The notes under the pieces are model-generated. The model did no database searches. It was given only the letters and a program-made list of their open reading frames with translations, and was not told the origin of the DNA. Shown piece by piece: positions 52,987 to 64,000 of a stretch of DNA of 64,000 nt. The DNA is from Octopus vulgaris. Lineage: Eukaryota. How positions within the stretch are numbered: the first letter of the stretch is position 1; each line of letters begins with the position of its first letter. Where the stretch lies: contig OX597819.1 in the NCBI GenBank assembly GCA_951406725.2, positions 102,362,001-102,426,000 of the forward strand, written 5' to 3'. Both the position numbers and the translations under genes were made by a program.

Positions 52987-55900
52987 ATACATACATACAT
53001 ACAGTACATACTTATATATAATATCATCCTTTCCGTATTTCTGTCCATCCATCCTTTTATTCAGCCAGTCATACGTACATGCATACTTAGACTATACACT
53101 TTAAATTTGTTTCAAAATCAAATCACCATAGAAATTCGCTTTTCTGCGCTCATCTTCCATTTTCCATCTTCCGCCCGGCTTATCACATCAATGATCTATT
53201 GCTGTTTATATTTTCATTTTCACTTTCGCCAGTAAATATCTCCATCGCCATGTTTGGCTCTTCTACAGGGATACCGTTAATGGCAATTGTGAATTCCACA
53301 TAGATACACATATCCTTTATTTATCTGTTAAGAACACATCTCTTTCGCTTCCTACTTTATGCCAGCCACCTCGACGAAAATAGAAGAGAAGTTAAGAGAA
53401 GAAAAATATAAAGATAAAGGAAGGAGAGATAGAGAGAGAGAGACTAAATTAGATGAGAGAGTGATAAGTGGAATCGAGAGTGATGGAGGGAAAGGGGATT
53501 CAAGTGTTGATTCAAAAGAGAGAAATAGAATAGAAGCAGGGTGAGCTGTAGACTGGTGAATGTCGGTCCAAACCAACAGCTGACTTCGTTGAAGACATAA
53601 TCGGAGCCGATCATAAATTGATGGATCTACACTAGAACTATCATTAAGTAACATATTATAGAAAAACTACTCCTTTTCGCTTAAAATGTGGATATTTACG
53701 GATTCTTGAGTTGCTGGATGTAAAATTCTTCTGTCACAATCAAACCGTTCATCCGGTTATTAGTTGAATACAAGTAATCTGTGATTGCTGCACCGTAATA
53801 ACGGCCTGTTGTTATTGTAGTAGTGGTTGTTATTGATGTTTAGCCCCAGGACATACCTGATTGACCGTTCCGAAGGCTTGTTGGCAGCCTGTTGTTTACA
53901 GTCTTGATTTGATCTACGCTTTCAGATGGGCTATATATCTCTTTCTGTGTGTGTGTTGGTGTGTGCGTGTGTGTCTGTGTTGGTGTGCGTGAGTGTATTT
54001 GTGTGTGAGCTTGTGTGCGTGTATGTGCGAGGTGAATGAGTATGCGCCTACAAATGTGTGTGTAGTATGTGCACATGTAAACCGCAAACGTCTATACCTG
54101 TTTGTACGCACATAAATTAGAAGAATCATATACGTGTGTGTGTATATATTTATCTATGTATGTATGCATAGTATATATATATTTCATACAGATATAAATA
54201 CATATATAATTACATAAGTATATATATATACAAACATATACATAAAGACATACAAACACAATTCCAAGCAATCATGTCTACCTATCAACGCCGTCACACA
54301 CACACACACACACATGCACACGCAGACACACACACATGCACACGCTGACACACACACACATGCATACATATGCACGCTTGTATACTTATATCATACATAT
54401 AAAACATTTCTCATTGCATTAGAGTATTGAGCTAATACCGTTTTGGGCAAACTCTGTTACTCCTGCCTTGTACGTGTTATTTCGCATTGCATTCAAACTT
54501 TAGAAACGTCTGTATACTGGCGTTGAGAGGTATGTCTGTAAGTGTTTCTCTTAATATGTTCTTTCTTAATTTGCTTGGTTATTTTTTTGCTTTCAACCAG
54601 GAGCTGTAACCACGCCGGGGCAATACGTATTATCTGCTTATACATCATGTATTTAGCAGCCTATACATCGGTTTGTGCATCTATATCTGTCTGCCTATTT
54701 TTGTGCTTAATTTTTGCACAAATTTTTGGCCTAAATTTGCTGGTTACATTTTTCACGATAGTCCTGGTCCTATATTTCATCTTTCCTTTTCTATCTTTTT
54801 ATTCTTTCACCCCTCCCATCACACTTTTGTATTCCTTCTCTCTCTATTTTCTACCCCTCCTCTCTATTTCGTTCTTTGTCTCTTTCCTTTTCGTCAATGA
54901 TCAATATTTCTTCCGCTTCGGAATGCCCATACTTATTTCGTTCCATTTCATACTTGAAGCCACTTTAGTCTTTGCTTTTGTGTCCTTCGTTTCCATCTCT
55001 TTTTCTTTTTTGCCGAGTGCTTATGTCAAAAATCGACTATTTCTGTTTATTCAGCGTTACATAATCTTCACTGCCTCCGATTCATTTCTTTGTTTTTTTC
55101 TCTTCTATTTCTCTTCAGACGAAAGGCTTTCATTTTACCTCTAATATATTTGCTATTTCGTCTGTCGTTCGATTTATCATGGCGGCGAAAAATATTATTT
55201 TCTATATCATTCTTACTTATATTAAAAGACCTTAATATTTATCGTACATGATTTATCTTTTTCGTATATTCTCGTATATGTCTTGTTATCTTTTTTTAAA
55301 GATACCAGAAACACGATGATTCATGTCTTGTTGTCCCAATCGTTAACTATTATCCTACCTTTACTAAGTTCAAAAAGTAGGATTTTTCCTCAGATTCACC
55401 GGAACGCTGAAGCGGGTGACAGAGCTGTTAAAATATTGAAATGATGGAATCTCATTCAAATGCTAATGCAGAGCTACAGAGACTCTGGTATCTGTCACTT
55501 TCGTTTGACTTATTCTTTCTACTAATTTTTCCTTTACTTTGATGGTAAAGAAATTTAGATTCTTTGTCTAGAAGCGTGGTCATATCACGCCGTTATTTGT
55601 AGCTTTATTTGCTTCGAGATTTATCATTCTTATAAAAATATAAAGCACACACACACAGAGTCATAGATACACTTATTAACACATGCATACATAAAAGCAT
55701 GTAAACAAAGATGCAGGACATTTTTCTCTATTTGTGGTGGAATTAATGTTTGAAAATGATAAAGAAAAATATCTATTTTTTTAAGAAAAATTACATACAG
55801 AAGCCGGTGATACGAATGCGATATTTTAGAAAATGCAATTCGTTGCTGATTTCCAATCAAAGGCTAATAGTAATACTCATCCGACCCACTAAGATGTCTT

Positions 55901-56381
55901 CTACAGAACGAGGTAAAGCTGAATATGGGACAGTTTTTACATTTCCGCTTGATATTAAATTGAAGCACTTAAAGAATTTAAAAAAAAAAAAGAAAAAGAA
56001 AATAATAATCCTTTCTGCTATAGGCACAAGGCCTGAAATTGAGGGAGGGGTATAGTCGAGTAAACCTTGGTAGAATCTAAACTCAAAGAGTACAGATGGA
56101 GTCAAGCTGGTAAGCATTTCGCCCGGCACGTTAACTATTCTGCTCGCTTGCCGCCTAAAGGAGAAGATAATTATAAAGCTTTATTATAAATGTTTCATTC
56201 GACAATCAAAAGAATATTTTTAAAATAAAGTTTGTAATTAATCTTAGCATATACATGCTATCATTTATTTCTTTCATTTTCTTTTATTTTTTGCTTCAAC
56301 CACGTGACTTTTGTCATACTGGAGCTCCACCGTGAATAAATAAAAAGATTTTTTCTAAAATTCTGGCGACCTTTTTTCTCA

Positions 56382-56450
<69 letters not shown>

Positions 56451-56458
56451 AATGTATG

Positions 56459-56505
<47 letters not shown>

Positions 56506-56507
<2 letters not shown>

Positions 56508-56638
56508 GAGTCGGAGACCCCCTTCGGTCATGACTGACAATGGGATTGCACCTAGAAAGTTACTCTCCTTGGCACGAGTCCGTGCAAGGTTGTTTATGGA
56601 AGACTAGCAGTCACCCATGCATACCAACCTCCCCTCTT
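56506..56638. repeat. Probable interspersed repeat fragment abutting the PLE
   Basis: GC-richer block GGAGACCCCCTTCGGTCATGA...CCTCCCCTCT between a TA tract and the PLE; single copy in this window. Confidence 0.45.
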
Positions 56639-56679
56639 GCTAGAATTTTAGAAAAAATTATATATATATATATATGTGC

Positions 56680-58842
56680 AGTCAGATTTTTCGTTTTGGG
56701 GCTTTGTAGGAGTATAGGTAAGTTCGATTTTATGGCGTGGAAGATGCTCTTTATTCCAGAACTCTGTGTGTTAACGAACGAAATCGTGTTTTCATTAACT
56801 TTTTCCTTAGGTGTCCGTTGTTGGGTCATGTTCAGTTTCATCGCCCTTTTAATTCCATCATTAATCAATCCTAAAAGGTATTTCTGCATTGTGAAGAAGC
56901 TTTTGAGTTCGTTGAGCTGGATTTCACTTATTTTGGGGTTAGTCACAGACGCGTCTTGCCATGCTGTATGTGTTGTATCTTTTATGTGTGATGGATGGCA
57001 AGAGTAGAAATTTAAATATTGATGTCTGCCAGTTATTTTTTTTTTGTTTGTTTTTTTTTTTGTAAAATAAGTCTGTTGTGAGTGTGGAGTTCTGTATTTT
57101 TATGTGGATATCCAGGAATGGTAATTCAATACAACTGGATTCTCTCGTGAATTTCATGAATGGGTGAAGTGCGTTCATCATATTGTTAAATGTACTTAGG
57201 TCTTTATTCGATCTGACCCAGAAGATGAAGTAATCATCAAGGAAGCGTTTCCATGCTTCCTTGATGATTGCATCATCTTCTTTATGAAGAAGTTTTCGTA
57301 CTTCTTCATAAAGCTTTTTTTTTCCAAGTATTCCATAACTAAGTTTGCATATGAGGGCACAAACCGCGTCCCTATAGCTGTTCCCTTTTATCTGTCGATA
57401 TGTTTTATTGTCGAATCTAAAGATATTTTCTTCTAGAACTAGGCGTGTTGCCTTGGTGATGAAGTCAGTCATGAAGCTTTCATTTATCCGTCCTCTATGT
57501 TTCTCTACTTAGTGTTTTATTGCTTCTAAGTCTAAATGTGGGGTATATTAGTATAAAGATCGGTGACTTCAAAACTTGTAAGTATAACACATTCTGCGAC
57601 AGAGGCAGGGAGGTGTTGGATGAAATCTATGCCATTCCGTACATAACTGGGTATTAAAGGGCACAAAGGTTTTAGGAGTATATCTAAAAAATGACTTAGT
57701 TGTTGTGTTGTTGCTTGAGGTCCAGCAACTATTAGTCTTAGTTTGAGGTAAGCAAGGTTTAATATTTTTACGTATTGGTTCTTCTGCTTATTTATGGCAC
57801 TTTGTATTTCGGAGCGTTTGTGGATTTTGGGTAATCTGTAGAAATTGCTTTCTTTGATTACAGAGTTGTATATATAATCTTTCTCTTTGTCTGTGAAGGA
57901 ATCTTGGAATTCATTGATTAGACTTCTGATTTTATTCGTTATTGTTTTTTTCTGGGTGTCTTGCTTCTTCCTTTGTAGTAGGTTTGGTTTATTTCTTTTT
58001 CTTTTATCATTTTGCTTGTTTCAGTCATTTGACTGCAGCCATGCTGGAGCACCACCTTCAGTCGAATAAACTGGCACCACGATTTATTCTTTTTAAGCCT
58101 AGTAGTTATTCTGTCGGTTATTATGCCGAACCGCTAAGTTACGGGGACATAAACACACCAGCATTGGTTGTCAAGAGATATTGAGGGGACAAACACAGAC
58201 ATACAAACATATATATACGACGGGATTATTTCTGTTTCCGTCTACCAAATCCACTCACAAGGCTTTGGTAGGCCCGAGGATATAGTTGGAAATATTTGCC
58301 CAAAGTGCCACGCAATGGGACTGAACCCGGAACCGTGTGGTTTGTTAAAATTTCCAGTTTCTATCTTTATAACAGTCCTTGGCCATGATTTCCATCGACC
58401 TTCCCTTATCGACTTCTTTTAGGATGATTGAGTTGTCATTCTTCAGTGTTTATAAGGCTTCCTTTTTTTTTTACTAAAATTTTGTTTGCGTCTGTGTGTG
58501 TTTAGGGGAAATTTTGAAATTTTATCTATATACACGTCTAAATATTTGTCCTTTCCCTTGCAGGGAGAGAAGTGAGATTTATTTCTTACTATTTATTCAT
58601 CATTTAAATCTTTACTGCTGAATAATTCTATAAGTTGGAAGTGGCGGTTGAATTGTTCAGTATCAGATTTCAGTTCAATGAGATTAGGGGTGAGTGTCGG
58701 GGTAAACTTGAAACCTTTTAATAGGAGGTTTATCTCATTCTTGTTGAGGTTTCTATTTGACAAATTTATGATCTTCGGGTCAATATGTTCTGTGTGCTTA
58801 TTTAAATTCTGTGTTCTATTGGGTCTGGTACGTGATTTTGGT

Positions 58843-58845
<3 letters not shown>
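56680..58845 (-). mobile_element. Penelope-like retroelement (possibly Naiad-like): N-terminus and RT, pseudogenised, interrupted by a SINE
   Basis: IINLSNRNLNKNEINLLLKGFKFTPT; SNFYRLPKIHK..LRLIVAGP..LSHFLDILLKP..SFEVTDLYTNIP; FRFDNKTYRQIKG; WKRFLDDYFIFW; LPFLDI..TDLFYK. GIY-YIG not present. Confidence 0.92.
58000..58343 (-). mobile_element. SINE family A inserted in the PLE
   Basis: Collinear with the reverse complement of 17550-17914. Confidence 0.9.
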
Positions 58846-58890
<45 letters not shown>

Positions 58891-58922
58891 TTTATTTACA
58901 AGCAGCAAGAATATTACAAAAT

Positions 58923-58960
58923 CCGTTACTCTGAGTTTCACGTTCCCGTTCGTCGGACAG
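58923..58960 (-). ncRNA. Complete type I hammerhead fold upstream of the PLE ORF, CCGACGA core variant
   Basis: Minus: CTGT-CCGACGA-ACG-GGAA-CGT-GAAA-CTCAGAG-TA-ACGG; stem I CUGU/ACGG, stem II ACG/CGU with GGAA loop, quasi-palindromic stem III, GUA triplet; AATAAA and (TG)n follow. Confidence 0.75.
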
Positions 58961-58977
58961 CTGTAACAATTTTCCCC

Positions 58978-60047
58978 GAGTGCGGGGTACGTTATGACAC
59001 CTACTGGGGTATTTTGTTACAACTGTAGACAATTCGGAATTATGTTAACAAACAAGTTTAAAATGAATACGTTTCCTGCTTCTTGCATCTAGGAAGTATT
59101 ATTTTAATTAATTAACTGTGCTTTGTACCACCTCATATCCTAACTGTGATACTGAGAGTCTTCATCAGCCAATTTCCCCATTGCTATATGTGCCATCTAG
59201 TCGGAATCGTCCTCCATTAATTTCTCACCACACATATCACACAGAAAGTCCTGTCGTCCATCGGTACAGTGAGTGTGTGCCCAGTCTTTACAGATCATGC
59301 ATTACACCCATTCTTCACATGGAAGGGAGTTGGAATACCAATCTGAGCAGTCAAGGCATTTCCAATCGGCGACTTGCTTGCTGCGAGGCTGCTTCTCTTT
59401 GTCTTTACCTGTTTTAGTTGATTCTCCTCTCCCCTTTGTTGCCTTTTCTGTACCAGTTGCCTTCTTTGGTTTGGAATTCCGTTCGTTTATTTCATCTACT
59501 ATGCGCTGTTCTACGGCAACATCCCGTAATGATTTCTTTTCATCCGCAACTTTTCTGGCGGCTCTTTCTATGACATCAGAAGGGGTGTCCCCCCTTGTAG
59601 TCTTCGTTTTGTAATTTCTAGGCATGGCGTGTTAAACTGAAATAGAAGGGGTAAGTTCATATAGTGTAAGAATTAGCCCTGATCATGGATTTCAGGGGAT
59701 TACATCGTACACAGCACTACGAATGCGTAACATCAAGGACACACCTTCACGTATCGAAGGCAACTTCCAACACTTCCTAATGAGCCACAAACTACTTCAA
59801 TAACACCACTTGTGCTTTAGTAGTTAAGGAAATAACTTTGGGAAAGAGTTTCAATTTTGGAGTTAAAAAATCGTTTTTTGAGCTATACCTTTCCTGGTGA
59901 GAGTCCGCCAGTGCAATACACATGTGCAGTCAGTATGCAGTCAGTATGCCTTCACGACGTAGAGACCCGAGTGCCACCTATTTCTTGAAGTTGGAAACAA
60001 TGGGCTTAGAACAACTTACCCGTGTAACAACTAGACTCGGTCTCCCC
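58978..60047 (-). mobile_element. Pogo-like DNA transposon deletion derivative (partial psq-type HTH fused to PHD finger, no DDE)
   Basis: End GGGGAGACCGAGTCTAGTTGTTACAC with TA at 60048; degenerate counterpart near 58978. Splice acceptor TATTTCAG then GCCATG at 59625; MPRNYKTKTTRG..AARKV..KSLRDVA joined to WKCLDC..EEWV*CMICKDWAHTHC..FLCDMC, stop at 59197. Confidence 0.85.
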
Positions 60048-60105
60048 TACACCAAAATACACAGATGTCTATCTAGTTCTCATTTCGAGCATTCATATAT
60101 ACATA

Positions 60106-60243
<138 letters not shown>

Positions 60244-60244
60244 A

Positions 60245-60386
60245 TATACGACGAGCTTCCTTCAGTTTCAGTGTACTAAACCCTCTTTGGTTGTCTCGAG
60301 GTTACAGTAGAAAACACTTACCCAAGGACTGAACCCGGTAACATGTGGTTGGGAAGCAACCTTTTTAACACATACCCATGCCTGCG
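60245..60386 (-). mobile_element. SINE family A, degenerate 5' half
   Basis: CAGTAGAAAACACTTACCCAAGG, CTGAACCCGG..ACATGTGGTTGGGAAGCAA. Confidence 0.75.
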
Positions 60387-60466
60387 CTTACACACACTCG
60401 ACCGCGTGTGTACCGTTGGCGATTATTTTTTCCGTCTTCCCTTCCTTGAATCTTTCCTATTCCTAT

Positions 60467-60500
60467 GTTTCTGACGAAGACCTCCGCTCGAAACGTTAAT
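60467..60500 (+). ncRNA. Minimal hammerhead motif in repeat family F (~60398-60604)
   Basis: GTTT-CTGACGA-A-GACC-TCC-GCTC-GAAA-CG-TT-AAT; flanks align with 2390-2530 (TGGCGATT, TGAGCGTC); element ends at (TA)n. Confidence 0.68.
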
Positions 60501-60600
60501 TCCTCCGTCGTTCTTTTCTTTACTGAGCGTCCAAATAACACTATACTTGTTCCACGTCCTAGCGTTGTTGTGTTTTCTCTTTGTATTTTCATGTTTCGAT

Positions 60601-60635
<35 letters not shown>

Positions 60636-60878
60636 CGTAGAGTAGATGAAACCATAGCGACTGAAGAAGGGGTTGTTTCTTTGTGTTAATTGTCCTGTAC
60701 TCTATTTTTTTGTTGTTTAAAAAATGTCCAGTTCCTTTGGTTTGTGTCTATGTTTTCGTTTCTTATTGTGTTCAACGTCTTTTTGGTGTCCTGTACTCAT
60801 ATATGCGTGTATATGTACATGTAGAGGTAGGTACGTACATATATATTTATATATATATGCATATGTTTATTTTATTTA

Positions 60879-60885
<7 letters not shown>
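60636..60885. repeat. Repeat family E copy between two (TA)n tracts
   Basis: Reverse complement of 1330-1576. Confidence 0.8.
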
Positions 60886-60927
<42 letters not shown>

Positions 60928-61627
60928 CGGTGCCCCAGCATGGCCACAGCTCGTGAGCTGAAACTAGATAAATTTAAAATATATATATATATATATACAT
61001 ACATATACATACATATGTGTTTGTATAAACTCTTACATGCATACAAATATACATACATAGAAGTGTGTGTACGGGTATGTATGTGTAAAAGTATATATAT
61101 ACACGCATCCCTAAAAAAAATTCTGTAACAAAATAAAAGCTTGAACAAGAGAAGCGTCCTGGAAATGACGTGAAAGAGAGAAAGTGAACGCGAAAGTTAA
61201 TATAAATATATAAAAACAGGTGATACCATCTATCTACTCTGCAAAACGAGTCATCTCAAATATCGCTTTCCTGATAAAATACAACATCTAGACTCTGGAA
61301 TTCTAAAATTGTTGTTAATAGGAAGCGAACTTAAATTCCTCAGGTTGTTTTATGGTTTTATTATATTTTATATCTAATGCTGAGCAACACTCACACACCC
61401 AACTAGATACACACACCATCTCAATGCACACAAGTACACACGCACGCACGCAACACATACACACATATATATGTGTGTGTGTATATATATATATACATAT
61501 GTGTGTGTATATATATGTATATATATGTACAAGTGTATATGTATATATACGCACATATATATGTATACACACACACCATCTCTCTATTTATCTATCTATC
61601 TACCTATCTGTCAATCTATCTATCTAT

Positions 61628-61661
<34 letters not shown>

Positions 61662-61740
61662 CTATCTATATATATATATATATAATATATATATATAATA
61701 TATGTGTGTGTGTGTGTGTACATATAGGTATATATATATA

Positions 61741-61828
<88 letters not shown>

Positions 61829-62295
61829 GCACGCACACACATGAACACGTGTGGGAGTGTGTGTGTTTGTGTGTGCGTATGTGTGTGTATGTGTACGTGT
61901 TGTGTTCTGTCTAAGGAGTCACATTTCCAGTGTCTAGTAACTAGACAATCAGATTCTATAAAAAAGAAATAACGCCGCACCATAATATAAACAGCACGGA
62001 AGTTAACGGGTGAAGATCCAGCCCACCCCCATAGAGATTTCCTACCCAATTAAATATTCATGCCACGCCGCTACTTTGATCTCATCGCATATCTACCCTA
62101 AATTTAGTTCCAAGAATTTTACAACTTCGTGATTCTTATGTTTTTGTTTTTGCTTCAAATCGGATATTTAGGCAACCAAAATAATTCTCCTCTTCACTGA
62201 TTTATAAACGTTTTTATGTATGTACGTACGGTTGTATGTGTGTGTCTATATAAAGTATGTATATGTATGTTTGTATGTATGTCTGCATATATGTT

Positions 62296-62348
<53 letters not shown>

Positions 62349-62541
62349 CTACATTGTACACACATATATAGGAGTAAAAGATAGAGTTAGAGATAAATAG
62401 AGATTATATATATATATATATATATATATTTATAATAAGAGTAGATCGTATACGAGTGGGTATATATATACATACAAACACACACATATGTATGTAATTA
62501 TACATGTATGTATATATATGTATATATGTATTTATGTACGT

Positions 62542-62579
<38 letters not shown>

Positions 62580-64000
62580 ACTGATTTAAACTTTTAAATC
62601 CGTATATGTATATTTAAACGTTATGTATATGCTTATATATGTGTGCATACATGTGTGTGGGGAGTGTACGTATATGTGTATATTTATATATATATGTTAC
62701 GAATGTTTGTAGGCATGCATTATATGCAAGCGCGCGTGTGTGTATAAATGAGCATATATAGATATATGTATATATCATTTTCTCTTGGTGACTTGTTTTA
62801 AAATTTCAACCGTTCTCCTGTTCGATTAACGTCGACTTTTTAAATCTCAAGAAAATATGGTAACATGAATTTATTCCAGATTTGCTGATTGTCTGTGTCG
62901 GTTGAATTATAGAGAAGCGTTCTGTTCCAACAATCCAAGCTCATTTGCGCTACACTGATCCATACGAGTGGAATTAAATCCTGTCTCTGCAATATTTAAT
63001 GTTACCTTTGTTTGGCAGAAGTCCGTTAATTTTGAGGTGTAGTAGGTAACCGATGTATAATCAATCCATGTACCTTACTGTACTTCAGTTTTATCTGTTC
63101 GGAGAGTATGGGAACAACGCTTAACTCAATGGTATTTAAACTCAATACGTAGATAGCGGTAAGAAATCCGGCAAAGTAATTTTTAAAACGCTCTGACATC
63201 TACCAATCCAGCGCCATCAAATTGAAAGATAATTTCATGAAGTGGATTTGTAAATTCTTCATTAATGATCTGTGTATGTATTTTACTTCTTTACTTCACT
63301 TTTATCATTTCGTGACATAAATTAGGCTGCTGGACCCTGAAATGAAATGAATATACAACATTTTCTTCCTTCGGACAGCTTCAGATTTTGTTCAATGAGC
63401 GAAAGTTTCATTTAATGAAACTATCATTCCAATAGCATAAATCGGACTTACGTAAATTACTTTTAAGACGCGATATTTCCACTCTTGCAAATACACTGAA
63501 GGACTATACGGGAGCCTTATTAAAATATAACTGCAATAATGAATTTGCAATGAAAGTTACTACATTCAAAATATAGCTGATTTTTTTTTCTGATGTAACC
63601 TCACCCATAATGCTCTAACTCTATTTATCTTCTACTTCTATATATTTGCGTACAATGGTGCAAAACAGAGCATTTAGTAATTAGGGATCTTCTGTGTCTT
63701 ACATGCATACGTTTTCAATCTGTCGTTGTTTGTTGACAATGCAATATTTCATTAATCAAGCAACGGTACACAAACTTACACCCAACGTTTAAATAAATAA
63801 ATATATATATATGTGTGTATATATATATATATATGTGTGTGTGAGTGTGTGTGTATGCGTGTATATATACATATATATATATATATATACTATATGAGGG
63901 AATATTATTCCAAACTTACAGAGAAAAATTCAATTTAGAAATACTAAATCAAATTTCACAAAAAATAATGTAATATAATATAATATATATATATATATAC

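Noticed and set aside
54542-55144. 200-aa hydrophobic ORF suggesting a membrane protein
   Set aside because: Arises from T/C-rich low-complexity sequence (F/L/S codons) with a non-ATG start.
63290-63345. Minus-strand splice acceptor TTCATTTCAG followed by a short frame
   Set aside because: Such acceptors are frequent by chance in AT-rich DNA; no good donor or recognisable peptide. RNA-seq would be needed.

Overview
AT-rich, microsatellite-saturated eukaryotic DNA with no recognisable host protein-coding exon, so probably intergenic or deep intronic. The SINE repertoire and (TA)n/(CA)n/(ATGT)n/(CTAT)n load suggest a coleoid cephalopod such as Octopus (inference). Almost all ORFs in the supplied track are microsatellite artefacts. 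The real content is a nested set of decayed mobile elements: three Penelope-like (PLE) pieces, Tx1/L1-clade, CR1 and CR1-Zenon-like LINE fragments, Tc1, mariner and pogo-like DNA transposons, a deleted Helitron, MITEs, and at least three tRNA-derived SINE families. Most notable: (1) at least eight minimal type I hammerhead-ribozyme-like motifs in several short repeat families, two with a CCGAnGA core variant; (2) a PLE whose downstream repeat combines a tRNA-like Pol III head, (AAT)n and a hammerhead; (3) two SINE/LINE shared-tail pairs with both partners in the window, one involving a Tx1/L1-clade LINE; (4) an in-frame deleted pogo-like element joining a partial pipsqueak HTH to a PHD finger. 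All alignments and folds were done by eye and coordinates of degenerate elements are approximate.
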